Source of the DNA: Eledone cirrhosa
Taxonomy: Eukaryota
Reading direction: 5' to 3'
NCBI GenBank assembly: GCA_964016885.1
Contig: OZ024750.1
Location: 31,434,001 to 31,498,000, forward strand
Length of the DNA: 64,000 nucleotides
The position numbers and the translations under genes were made by a program. Below, in pieces: positions 22,651 through 36,261 of the stretch (positions are counted from its first letter, which is position 1; each line of letters opens with the position of its first letter). Under the pieces are notes generated by a model. The model saw nothing but the letters and a program-made list of their open reading frames with translations, searched no databases and was not told the DNA's origin.

Positions 22651-23806
22651 ACCAACACACATTGTTGGAGGTAAAAACTAAGAATATTAGAGAGATATTA
22701 AAAGCTGAGGTTTGAATGCTTTCTTTCTATAAAAAAAAAAGAGTGTATTATATCGAAAGAGGAACTCAGTATATTTTATTCAGAATAGAATAAGACACTT
22801 GAGTTCCACTTGGAATACTTTCAGTTGCATTAGTATTGTACTTAAGAAATGCGTAAATGGGAAACCATCCCATTTTCCACCTGTCTTAATTTTAAACGTT
22901 ATAAATAATTAAGAAACGTAGTGTAAACAGCCATGAGTAGCGTTTAAATTATAATCTCATATTTCCGACAATCATACGCTACGTAATCCTCGGAAATAAG
23001 CAATCTAATTAATTGTGAAAAATTGCGATTTAAAAAAAATTATTTTTCAATTTTATTTTGATGAATAATTTAAACAGAAAACTAAGGCAAATATCACGAT
23101 TAAAGGTTGAAATTCTTCTCACTAGGAATGAATATAAGAAGAGTTTGATAAATTATAATAAACATTATTTTCCTCTTGTAACTCAACAATGCTAAAAGTT
23201 TGCCGAGTGTTACGAGAAAATCTGAACATAATATTTGTTTTGCGTAGAAAGATATAAGTTTACTGAATTTTCTCATTTGCGTATTTCAAGTTTTTATTTT
23301 GTTGTAATTTTTTTTTTTTCATTTTACCAAATTAGAAACGTAACTACGGTCCACTCAATGACATGCAATTAAAACTTTGTCAGCTAATTTTCTACTTTAT
23401 GTGGTAGATAATCGTTTAATGAACATATCTGATCGCTGACAGATGTTCTCATAATTATCACGCTTACTTGAATACAATACGAATCTACTATTTACGTTCA
23501 CACTAGGTCAAAAAGTGAATTGCAGAAATATTTATTAACAATCTCTGTTTTTAATAATACTGTAGCAGCACAGGTGGCAGAATATCCAATTCAATTATGT
23601 GTGTTTATATATATATATATACATGCATACACATATATATATATATATATATATGTATATATTTATGAGTGTCTGTGTGTATATTTATATGTGTATATAT
23701 GTATATGTATGTGTGTATATATACATATATACATATATACATATATATGTATGTGTATATATATATGTATATACAAAGATATATATAAATATATATATAT
23801 ATATAT

Positions 23807-24749
23807 ATTAATAAGGTAATGAATTCTTTTACAATGGAATCAGCTCGAATGAGGAAAAAATATCCCCTGAGCAGTGTATAAATTCATATGTAAGTGATGA
23901 AACACAGATACCAACACATCTGTATATATATTGCAAAATAAACATTTAGCCAAGGAGAGCGGGAGATGATATTCCTACACTCTTTTAACTCGAAACATAT
24001 TTGGATCTTAAAGTCTAAACTTATCTACGGAACAGGTTTGATTTTGAAATTTAAATGGGTCTAAACATCACGGCCTTTTGGCAATACAGTTCGTCTCCGT
24101 TGATTTATTATTTTAAATCGATATGGACAAACTGTAGTATAATAATTAGTATACTTCAATCTGGCTAAATTTTTCTTTTGCAATATATATACAGATGTGT
24201 TGGTATCTGTGTTTCATCACTTACATATTAATTTATACACTGCTCAGGGGATATTTTTTCCTCATTCGAGCTGATTCCATTGTAAAAGAATTCATTACCT
24301 TATTAATTTTAACTGCTCCTAGTTTGAGCTGCAAACCGTCCCATATATACGACTGTTATTTCTAGCAGTACGGTTATGAGACTAGTTAGATACTGTAAAG
24401 CCATGTGCGCCACGCAGCCTTTTAAATTATTTAGAAGTGAAGCATATCAATTTGTCTCTGGATGTTTACTGAGGAGAGCGGGAGATGATATTCCTACACT
24501 TTTTTAACTCGAAACATATTTGGATCTTAAAGTCTAAACTTATCTACGGAACAGGTTTGATTTTGAAATTTAAATGTGTCTAAACATCTCGGCCTTTTGG
24601 CAATAGAGTTCGTCTCCGTTGATTTATTATTTTAAATCGATATGGACAAACTGTAGTATAATAATTAGTATACTTCAATCTGGCTAAATTTTTCTTTTGC
24701 AATATATATACAGATGTGTTGGTATCTGTGTTTCATCACTTACATATTA

Positions 24750-24755
<6 letters not shown>
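23807..24755 (+). mobile_element. Retrozyme-like element: ~1.5 copies of a 519-nt non-coding unit plus an inverted 146-bp arm, within (TA)n
   Basis: 23953-24236 is repeated at 24472-24755 (offset 519); 23807-23952 is the reverse complement of ~24162-24306. Confidence 0.85.
24461..24588 (+). ncRNA. Complete type I hammerhead with a long stem III
   Basis: GAUGUUUA CUGAGGA GAG..CUC GAAA CAUAUUUGGAU...AUUUAAAUGUG UC UAAACAUC; 8-bp stem I; predicted GUC cleavage after 24580. Confidence 0.85.
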
Positions 24756-24796
<41 letters not shown>

Positions 24797-24868
24797 TACC
24801 TCTCTCTCTATATATAAACGTATATATAAACACATACATATATATGTATATATATATATATATGTAGT

Positions 24869-24900
<32 letters not shown>

Positions 24901-24904
<4 letters not shown>

Positions 24905-25060
24905 TTGCAAGGTTTTTAATATGACAGCGTATGTCGAAACAAATATTGTTATACTTGGGGAGGGTCATATTGTTGTGATATTGCTAGAAATAGTAACAGA
25001 ACACACTCACTGTTTGGTTGGTTTCTATTTCTGTATCTTTTATATATCCATAGTTAATTT
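24901..25060 (-). mobile_element. PLE-like terminal fragment, family E
   Basis: Homologous to 28680-28810 and 52870-52972 (gaccctccccaa.tataacaatat). Confidence 0.75.
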
Positions 25061-25085
25061 ATTTGGCAATCGATGTTTATCATAA

Positions 25086-25421
25086 ACCTCGTAAGGATGA
25101 AAGGCAAAGTTAACCTCGGCACAATTTGAACTGAGACCATGAAGGGCCGTAACTCTTTGTTGTAAAGCATGGCGTCCGACCCTCTACCGATACTGCCAAT
25201 CCATCGCCCTATTGCCAGAAATAATAATAATAATTCTTTCTACATTTGGCACAAGGCCAGCAATTACCCAGTACATTACTGGTACTTTATTTTATCGACC
25301 CCGTAAGGATGAAAGGCAAAGTTAACCTCGGCGGGATTTGAACTCAGAATGGCAAGGGCTGTAACTCTAAGCGTCAAAGCATAGCGTCCGACCCTCTACC
25401 GATACTGCCAACCCACCGCCC
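25086..25421 (-). mobile_element. Two tandem Nin SINEs (subfamily B-like)
   Basis: Both heads are followed by tattgccaga(a/t)ataataat, a TSD-like duplication. Confidence 0.88.
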
Positions 25422-25429
25422 TATTGCCA

Positions 25430-25430
25430 G

Positions 25431-25471
<41 letters not shown>

Positions 25472-25485
25472 TATATATATATACG

Positions 25486-25525
<40 letters not shown>

Positions 25526-25533
25526 TATATGTA

Positions 25534-25595
<62 letters not shown>

Positions 25596-25599
25596 GACA

Positions 25600-25694
<95 letters not shown>

Positions 25695-25711
25695 ATATAT
25701 ATATATATATA
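25430..25711. repeat. (AAT)n plus interrupted (TA)n microsatellite
   Basis: Directly visible. Confidence 0.95.
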
Positions 25712-25918
25712 GATGTGAGAAAAACCACAGACCCTCCATCTCAACTCTACTTTTGAAAAGCAGAAGAACTGCGAAACCGGTAAAGGAACCAAATAAATAT
25801 ATTTTTTTTAAAAAAGACTCCAGTTGCATTTTCGATTTCATCTTTTTTTCTTTATACTTGCACTCGTGTAGGACACCTCGGTTATTTTTCATTTTGTAAA
25901 AAGAACCCTCACTTTCTA

Positions 25919-25920
<2 letters not shown>
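25712..25920 (+). mobile_element. ~210-bp pLTR-like unit in (TA)n carrying a U3-A8 hammerhead (25750-25785)
   Basis: CUU UUGAAAA GCAG-aagaa-CUGC GAAA CCGG UA AAG; second copy inverted at 55068-55278. Confidence 0.75.
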
Positions 25921-26000
<80 letters not shown>

Positions 26001-26089
26001 AAGATGAATATAAAATGAAAGTGCTTTTATAAAGGAATTTATTAGGTATTGACATATGTTTCTGTAACAGACGGAATACCTATGTATCG

Positions 26090-26688
<599 letters not shown>

Positions 26689-26784
26689 GAAACGATCGAC
26701 TTTCGTCAAATCGGACCGAGGGAACAATGTTTCCGTTGGTCTTTCCAATTGCTAATACTATCTATCGGTCGCAACTCCAGGTAG

Positions 26785-26906
26785 AAGGAGCAACGTGAAA
26801 TAAAGTGTCTTGCTCAAGGACATAACGCATTACCTGGTCCAGGAATCGAACTCACAACCTTACGATTCCGAATCCAATTCCCTAACCACTCAGCCACACG
26901 CCTTCA
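26785..26906 (-). mobile_element. tRNA-derived SINE family 2, head fragment
   Basis: Minus strand ggcgtgtggctgagtggttagg...gagttcgattcc...tgtccttgagcaagacactttatttcacg. Confidence 0.85.
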
Positions 26907-26917
26907 TATATATATAT

Positions 26918-27153
26918 ATTAGTAATAATAATAAATTTGAAGACTAAAATCCAAAGATGGCTCGATAAGGATAAATTTATATCAAATATATAAGAACCGT
27001 AGAGCAAATATTTATTAAAATAACAGATTAAAGTTTAAGCAAAGAATAGCTGCTTTCACCCTTAACGGGATCTTCTGAACGGAAGTTTCAGAAGATCCCG
27101 CTAAGGGTGAAAGCAGCGATTATTTGCTTAACTTTAATCTGTTATTTTAATAA

Positions 27154-27155
<2 letters not shown>
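26918..27155 (-). mobile_element. Family A pLTR fold-back (near-perfect ~70-bp hairpin plus tail)
   Basis: Arms meet at ctgaac-ggaa-gtttcag (~27075-27091). Confidence 0.85.
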
Positions 27156-27589
<434 letters not shown>

Positions 27590-28825
27590 ATATTGTTATA
27601 TTTGGGGAGGGTCATATTTGCGTAATATTGCCAGAATTAATAACAGAACACACTCACTGTTTGGTTGGTTTTCGCTTCTCGCTGTCTTTTATATATATAT
27701 ATCTGCGATCTAGCTTACTCGGTCCTCAATGTTGCCATTGACTGACCGGCGGTCAAAAATAATACAGATACAATATAGACAAACACATATATATATAGTT
27801 TACATAAATCTTTCGTTGCACATCTGCAACATCGTCAGTGGTGTTATATTCATTGTTCCTCCTGTTGTGTTGTATGTCTACGCCATTTTTTTTGTTCAGT
27901 CTGTCTATATATTTATTTATTTATTTGCTTGTTTGTTTATCTTATTTTATTTTGTCTTCTTTGCGCATGCGTTTGCGTGTGTGTATAGTGTTATGTGTGA
28001 TGTGTGATGTGTGACTAGTGTGTATAGTGTTGTCTGCTGGGTGACTAGTGTGTGTTTATGTGCTTGTGTATGTATTTATTTATCTTATTTTATTTAATTT
28101 AATTTACTTATTTATTTATACTTCTCTTAGGTCAGTGTTGTTTGTTTGGGTGTTGTTGTTGTTCCACTCATTCTAAACAGAAAGAATGAGTGGAACAACA
28201 ACAACACCCAAACAAACAACACTGACCTAAGAGAAGTATAAATAAATAAGTAAATTAAATTAAATAAAATAAGATAAATAAATACATACACAAGCACATA
28301 AACACACACTAGTCACCCAGCAGACAACACTATACACACTAGTCACACATCACACATCACACATAACACTATACACACACGCAAACGCATGCGCAAAGAA
28401 GACAAAATAAAATAAGATAAACAAACAAGCAAATAAATAAATAAATATATAGACAGACTGAACAAAAAAAAATGGCGTAGACATACAACACAACAGGAGG
28501 AACAATGAATATAACACCACTGACGATGTTGCAGATGTGCAACGAAAGATTTATGTAAACTATATATATATGTGTTTGTCTATATTGTATCTGTATTATT
28601 TTTGACCGCCGGTCAGTCAATGGCAACATTGAGGACCGAGTAAGCTAGATCGCAGATATATATATATAAAAGACAGCGAGAAGCGAAAACCAACCAAACA
28701 GTGAGTGTGTTCTGTTATTAATTCTGGCAATATTACGCAAATATGACCCTCCCCAAATATAACAATATCTGTTTCGACACACGATTTCATATAAAAAACC
28801 TCGCAAAACTAATTCATCGCCGCTA
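27590..28825 (+). mobile_element. Family E PLE-like 3' end as a 585/586-bp inverted repeat with an 8-nt spacer, plus tail
   Basis: 27590-28174 vs 28183-28768; HHR core CUGACGA U GUUGCA-gaug-UGCAAC GAAA at 28520-28547, mirrored at 27811-27838. Confidence 0.88.
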
Positions 28826-28890
<65 letters not shown>

Positions 28891-29106
28891 ATATATATAT
28901 ATACAGATAATTAGGCTCAGGAGGAAGCAGTATGGACTTATTGCAAGTCAGACTAGTAGGAACTGAGTAACAGTAAAACAGTTGTCTTGTGTAGGTAGAT
29001 ATAATTAGTCATTGAAATGAAGCACACTCGAACTACTCGTTTTCAACCCCCACCCGTTGTAGAATCTATCGTCTTGAGCACTAGTAATTCGCAAGCATTT
29101 GCGGTG

Positions 29107-29185
<79 letters not shown>

Positions 29186-30158
29186 GAGTGAGACGGGCGA
29201 AAGGGGGAAAAGTAAGTTAAAAGAGATATATATGATTTATATTAATTTATTTACTTCATAGTAGGATAAGTCTTATATTCTAGAAGTGATGAGAAAGACA
29301 TTTAAATCAGATATACTTTATTTTCCTTATTTTCTGACCTTGAAAACTCCTTCAAATAGAAATTGTATGATGTATAGATATCTGAAAACCTCTTCAACAT
29401 CAAGAGTACAGCGTTTGAATATGTTTAACTAACTTCAAACTGAATAAAAGCTGCATGTAAAAGCGAATAGATTCCTGGCTTTGAAGTTTATAGGTGAATG
29501 CTCTCGTCGCCTCTCATCTAAAAGATAGTCCTTTGCTTTGTATCCCATTGCTGATACAATCTTAACCCTTTAAATGGTCTTTTGTACATAGTTTTGAATT
29601 GTTACTTTGGTCATTGCAATGCTATAAGAGGCAAGAGTAGCTTTGATAGATATATGTTGTTTTATCTTTTACGGGAATGTCGATCCTTGGAGAATGCTTC
29701 TTAAGCAATAGATTTAACAAATATTTGAAAAGTTGTGGCAAAGCGGACGGACAATTATCGTAGGTGAAACGCCTTGTCATATATCTGCACAATCAGATCT
29801 GACCGTCAACTGCAGAAGGAAGTGAATGCAGCAGACATTTTGCATTTGAAGCAGATCCCGGCGAATGCCTATAAACGAAAACAAATCTTTCTGGTTTGAA
29901 CATAATACAATTACTTTATGCAGGTTCGTGGTAAGTGAAATTAGTTTACTTCGCCTGTTACTTATGCCATAGCACTACAGCTTCTTCGTCATCATTGCTC
30001 CCTCATTTTAAGACTTCTCTTAGATATATTTATATCGCTTATAAAATATTACATATGCACATACATGTATCTGTATGTATAAGGATATAGATATATATAT
30101 ATCGCCTAGAAAATATTACATACACACATACATATACATATGTTTGTATATATATACA

Positions 30159-30199
<41 letters not shown>

Positions 30200-30203
<4 letters not shown>

Positions 30204-30414
30204 AGGAAATGTGGTAAGGAACCAGATGGACCATAACGCAACAAAGTACTCAATACTTAGGGTAGTAGAGTGGGTAATAGGAACGAGTAGGACCCCGACG
30301 GCTGAGCTCAAGCCGTTTCGAATGCTAATTCTGGACTAAATTAGCCGTCCACAATTAGTCCAGAATTAGCCGTCGAAACCGCTTCAGCTCAGCCGTCGGG
30401 GTCCTACGCGTTCC

Positions 30415-30416
<2 letters not shown>
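30200..30416 (-). mobile_element. Family F fold-back pLTR containing the 3' half of a hammerhead
   Basis: Stem II gacggctaatt/aattagccgtc, GAAA, stem III cggct..agccg, UC; homolog at 35927-36113. Confidence 0.8.
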
Positions 30417-30449
<33 letters not shown>

Positions 30450-30683
30450 TAACACACGCACGCCACATTGTTATATTGCGAGATAGTCATGTTGTCAGTA
30501 GTTCCAATAAAAAGAAAAACACGCACTGTATGATTTTCACTTTTCCACTTTATCTTTATTACTAGTTATTCGTTAGTTCGTCAAAGTTTTTTCGTCACAC
30601 ATCTTGTGACTTCTTCATTGATGATATTTTCTTTTAATATCAGTTTCAACTCATGATTTCACATCAAGAATCTTGAAAAACAA

Positions 30684-30749
<66 letters not shown>

Positions 30750-30920
30750 CAAAAAGCTATCGCTCTACATGGCTGAATACAATAAATGTAATCTGAGTTT
30801 CTCGAATATTAATAATAACATTCGATTCGTCTGCAATTATGCAAACAAGCCTCTTTCTTTTAAGCCATATCAGTAGAATGAGCCCCTCATTCTTGCTCTT
30901 GTGTTGGCATGTAAACAAAT

Positions 30921-30965
30921 CTGCAGACACTAATGTTTCTGGGTGATTACCTTTCATCAGTGCAG
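30921..30965 (-). ncRNA. Type I hammerhead in a pLTR-like unit (30748-30990) ending in (CA)n
   Basis: CUGCA CUGAUGA aa GGU-aauc-ACC ca GAAA CAUUAGUG UC UGCAG; base of stem II is mismatched. Confidence 0.75.
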
Positions 30966-31179
30966 TTTGCTGTTCAACTGCCAACAGTCAGAGCTAATGA
31001 AAATATATGATATTTAATAAAATATACAATGACTGATAAATATTGCTGTTTATCAGATGTATAAAATGCATATACATTATTGCTTTATCTATCTTACCCT
31101 CATTTATAAGTCTATGTCTATATATGTACTTAAATAAGATCAATATTCACCCATAATCATTTAATTACTTATATTTTAA

Positions 31180-31684
31180 ATAACAGTTTCTATTTTAGGA
31201 ACAAGGCCAGCAATTATCCAGTACATTACAGGTACTTTATTTTATCGACCCCGTAAGGATGAAAGGCAAAGTTAACCTCGACCGGATTTGAACTCAGATC
31301 ATAAAGGGACGTAACTATGCTGGAAAGCATGTCCGACTCTCTACCGATACTGCCAATTCACCGCCCTTATCTTTTATTTTAAATAACTGTTTCTACTTTT
31401 GGCACAAGGCCAGCAATTACCCAGAGCATTACTGGTACTTTATTTTATCGACCCCGTAAGGAGGAAAGGCAAAGTTAACCTCGGCGGGATTTGAACTCAG
31501 AATGGCAAGGGCCGTAACTCTATACGTCAAAGCATGGCATCCGACCCTCTACCGATACTGCCAATCCACCGCCCTTTTTATTTTAAATAATTGTTTCTAC
31601 TTTAGGCACAAGGCCAGCAACTACCCAGTGCATTACTGGTACTTTATTTTATCGACCCCGTAAGGATGAAAGGCAAAGTCAACC
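31180..31684 (-). mobile_element. Head-to-tail array of three Nin SINEs (subfamily A, subfamily B, truncated)
   Basis: Each copy is preceded by tattttaaataa. Confidence 0.9.
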
Positions 31685-32258
31685 TATAATGATATATAAT
31701 AATGTCTTATACTACAAATCATTATATTTATAACTACACTCATAATATTAAAATTATGCGAAAAAATATATCCACTCGTATATGTAAATACAGTGTATAT
31801 TTCATTCAAATATATTGTAATTGCTTTAATGAATTAATAGTTTATATTTTAATACAATGCATTATAATTCTCGTCTAAATATTATAAATACTTCCATAGT
31901 CTTAAAATATATATAAAAATAATTAAATAAGTAAATAAGTATTATTATATCATTCCTTCTAAATCCATGTAGCTATCTTTGGGTGTATATATGTATATTT
32001 CTATAAATAATTCTAAAATAACTCTACAATAATATTTTCAAATTTAATAGCAAACCCTTAAAAAAAAAAAATTAAATAAGTATTTAAAATTTATCTAGCG
32101 TCTAAACGTAACGGCTCTTTTCAGTTTTTAACTTTATCCTCATTAGCATATTTCCCTTGAGTTTTGAACATTTGTACATTTCTATCCACTCTCCTCACTG
32201 AACATATAACATTAAGTTCACATGAAGATATGTCACTATGTTAACACCAATTATTATA

Positions 32259-32315
32259 TTTTATCTGACGAAAGCGTACTTAAATATTAGTAAACTTGAA
32301 ATACGTATAATAAAA
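32259..32315 (+). ncRNA. Intact minimal type I hammerhead
   Basis: UUUUAU CUGACGA AAG...CUU GAAA UACGUA UA AUAAAA; palindromic stem III. Confidence 0.8.
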
Positions 32316-32391
32316 GGGAAGAGTGCGGGACAGCGTCCGGCATATATATTTTTATCCCGTTTGTAAAATAAGTTGGATTACTTTGAATAAA

Positions 32392-32810
32392 TAATTGTTT
32401 CTACATTTGGCACAAGGCCAACAATTACCCAGTGCATTACTGGGACTTTATTTTATCGACCCCGTAAGGATGAAAGGCAAAGTTAACCTCAGCGAGATCT
32501 GAACTCAGAATTGCAAGGGCCGTAACTCTATGTGTTAAAGCATGGCGTCCGACCATCTACCGGACTGCCAATCGACCGCCCTTTGAATAAATAATGAATG
32601 AATATTATATAATTTATCTAAGGGCGGTGGATTGGCAGTATCGGTAGAGGGTTGGACGCCATGCTTTCCAGCATAGTTACGTCCCTTTACGATCTGAGTT
32701 CAAATCCCGCCGAGGTTGACTTTGCCTTTCATCCTTACGGGGTCGATAAAATAAAGTACCAGTAATGTACTGGGTAATTGCTGGCCTTGTGCCTAAAGTA
32801 GAAACAATTA
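32392..32810. mobile_element. Two full-length Nin SINEs head-to-head (- 32392-32581 subfamily B; + 32621-32810 subfamily A)
   Basis: TSDs tttgaataaataat and attatataatttatcta. Confidence 0.92.
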
Positions 32811-33798
32811 TATAATTTATCTACTAAATTTCGTTATTCTTGATTAAATATAAATAATTTTGTCGCTTATTTTAAGATTCACTTCACTTCTTTAACATTT
32901 TCAAATGTCAACACTTCCGGTTAGCGATCGTTTAAATAAACAGTCATATATTTCCGTCAATGGATTACATTACTGATTACATAAGACAGTGTAATGCAGT
33001 CTTCGTTCAATTTCTGTGTATATTGTCAATTACGATTTTATTTGATGTATCATATCTATGTATATATAGTTGCGTATAATATCAATATGCACACTACACA
33101 GGCTAGCAGAAAACCACCCTAGGGGTGGTTTTCTGCTAGTTCCAGTAATAATCAGGAGCTGATTATACAGAGCGATTGCCGACTCTTCGAAAACTCCTGA
33201 AATATACGTATACTGATTGAGGATTCCACAGACATATGTACCCTTAACATAATTTTCAAGGAAATTCAAAGTGAGACAGTATGTGATACGGTTGACCTCA
33301 TAAATTTCCGGTAGAGTCCATCTGATGGACGTCTAAACAATTCATACATACTCAGACACACAGACTCCCACGCGCACGCGCACACACGCACACACACACT
33401 CGACACATATTGATATGAGTATATATATATATATGTACCATTTCCTTTCTCAACCTCGCCTATCTTTCTATTTTCCTTCTCTCTCCCATTCTATTTTCCA
33501 GTGAAATCCGAAACGTCAAGACACTTTTCTTGCTATGTCAAACCTTAACCGGCTGTAACTGGCCACTCATATTGATGTTAGGGTATTGTTCTCAAAATAA
33601 ATAATATCAACATCGCATAGGTCGTTATTAAGTGAGATAATTATGTGAGATAAAGTGTTTACTGTGAAAATATATTAGTAAATGTAGGGTAATACAAATA
33701 TAAAGTAATGCAAATACTAATATTTGTTATCATTGTATTGTATTGTTTCCTCGTTTTATATTACCTTGTAAAGTTTTCTCCCGCCGATCTCTTTTTAT

Positions 33799-33851
<53 letters not shown>

Positions 33852-33873
33852 CACACATACGCACGCGCGCGCG

Positions 33874-33907
<34 letters not shown>

Positions 33908-33912
<5 letters not shown>

Positions 33913-34160
33913 GAAAGACGTAAATAAGAAAGTTATGAAAATTGACTTACTTACTAAAATTTCACTCCAACTAATTAGTTTCTGTAAGGGGATAAATATG
34001 GTTACTTATCGTTTCCATAGAGAAGCCTTACGTCATCAAGGAGTCTATACAATGATAACAAATATTAGTCTTTTCATAACTTTCTTATTTACGTCTTTCA
34101 TATAATTGTTCTGCATCCCCGTGCATAGAACCACAAAGTTACTAAGACAAAACATATATT
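33908..34160 (+). mobile_element. Fold-back element in (TA)n with 34-bp perfect arms and a tail
   Basis: 33908-33941 vs 34071-34104. Confidence 0.7.
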
Positions 34161-35069
34161 TGCTGGCATAGGTATGCATCTGTATACATATGTCGGTAGA
34201 TATACTAATTCTTTATATATATGTATATAAACTGGTAGATGGATATATATATAGAAAAAGAGAAATGAAGGGCATTGGAAAGTGGCTTTTGCATATAATT
34301 AGCAGGTTTCTGTACGTTTTCTGAATATGGCGGCAGCCATATAATTTACATATAGCCGATTATTAAACAAACTAAACAACAAACAATACTTCTATTTTAG
34401 ATATTATAATAACCTCATCATACAGATGGTTTAACAAATAGTATTATTACTTATTCAATGGAGGAGGTCACATTTGATTGAACATGTTTTGAATACTATT
34501 GTAACCATGTCATGACTGTATATTGGCTCCCATCTTGGACATGGTAGTTGCTGGTATATTTCTAATGTTCAAGAGGCAGTCGCTATTGGGTAGTTAATTC
34601 GAAAGGGTGAATAAAACTGCTGTTTTTGTAAATGTAATTATTCAATTCATTATATGTCATTTGCATGTGTAATATGGTAATATGTTTAATTAACGCATGG
34701 AGACTGAAAATTTGATAATGATGAAATTTGAATCAATTTCACATTTTCTTGAGAATCTGCCTTGCATCGTAATAAATATCTTAAGAAAAATTGTATCGTT
34801 TATGTTATTCATGTTGTTTTGCGACGAATTTAGAATATTAGAACTTCGGATATAAAGCCTGGTGGCATTCTTACTATGATCCGGTTAAGTTTATCTTTCA
34901 TCTTTTTAAGCTTAGTAAACGATGTACCAGTTCTGTACTGAGGTCGATCCCATTCCCCCTCTCCCTTTCGTACTAGCTTGACTGCAGAGAAATGATTAAC
35001 GACAATAAAAGAGTTACCAAGCAACAATGTAAATACAATAACGATTTTGTAAAATCAGTATTTCATTCA

Positions 35070-35822
35070 GTAAGAAAAAATTAAAAAAAGGCGAAACAAA
35101 AGGAAAGAAAGAAGAAAGAGAACGGGAAAAGGATGAGATGGCAAGAGTTCTGGTGTCGCAGAAGAGAGGGAAGGGGTGAATGGGGGAGGGTGGTTGGGCT
35201 TCGGGCCCAGGGCAAGAGGGCAAAAGTGCTGCGCCCTGATGACAAAACGCCAAAAGCATTCTCCAGGACGATGGTAGTGACATCCGCTGCAACAGCCACC
35301 AAACCTCGCGGCGCTCACTACTAAGATGGGCCACCGTTGCTCCGATCTTGCAGAGGAGCTCGGCAGTATGGGGTACAAGTACACCTGAGGTCTCGACGGC
35401 GATCAGTGCGAAGGGGAAGTGGCGGGACAAACCCCGGTGATTGCTTACTTTACGAGGCGTGCTGCCATTCTGAGGTTTGTGGCCGAAGCGACTAAGCTGC
35501 AGGCGGAGAACATGTCGCAGCAGCTGGCGTCCCAAGTGAAGAATTCACTTCCTTCGAATGGGATGAGGGTGTTTCCGTCGGGGCATTTGCCATCTTCGTG
35601 GTCAAGGCCTGCTGGCTCCAGTTGAAATAGAAAGCCAGCTGCGTCCAGGCTTCTTCTCAATATGTCGTTGAGAGCGGCGTGAAGAAGGGGTCCGGCCTGC
35701 GTTCTGGCGGTAAGATAGAGAGTTCAGGCTGAACTTGTCAACAACCACCCCGCAGCGGTATTCATGTGGCTCACACACGTGGAGGCCAAGGCGTTTCGCT
35801 ATAATGATGCGAGTGCACTCCT
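35070..35822 (-). pseudogene. CRE-clade non-LTR retrotransposon 3' fragment (Zn knuckle and restriction-like endonuclease), frameshifted
   Basis: KRLGLHVCEPHEYRCG..; EPAGLDHEDGKCPDGNTLIPF..TWDASC; IAVETSGVL..WLLQRMSL. The 5' end abuts (TA)n. Confidence 0.85.
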
Positions 35823-35823
35823 C

Positions 35824-35877
<54 letters not shown>

Positions 35878-35926
35878 CAATATATATATATAATATATAT
35901 GTATAATATATATATATATATGTATA

Positions 35927-36113
35927 TAGGAAAAAGTATGACCTCGACGGCAGAGCTCAAGCTGTTTCGATGGCTATTTCCAGAAATAGCCGTCGAAACG
36001 GCTTGAGCTCTGCCGTGGGGGTCATACTTATTCCTATTTTCCACTCTACTACCCTAAGTATTGAGTACTCTGGTGCGTTATGGTTCATCTGGTTCCTTAC
36101 CATAATTCCTTTG
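35927..36113 (+). mobile_element. Family F fold-back pLTR; palindrome centred on the hammerhead stem II loop
   Basis: ..gtttcgatggctattt-ccag-aaatagccgtcgaaac..; tail shared with the 30200 copy. Confidence 0.8.
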
Positions 36114-36230
36114 TTATATATATATATAATATATTTATATATAATATATATGTATAATATATATCTATAATATATATGTATAATATATATATATATATAT
36201 ACACAATATATATATATATTGATATATAAT

Positions 36231-36261
<31 letters not shown>

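Noticed and set aside
27729-28629. Duplicated divergent ORFs [10 protein letters not shown]...
   Set aside because: A by-product of the palindrome; low-complexity, with a frameshift between the arms.
29580-29890. Possible host exon after a minus-strand polypyrimidine-AG acceptor
   Set aside because: Stops in all three frames within ~90 nt, and no recognisable protein.
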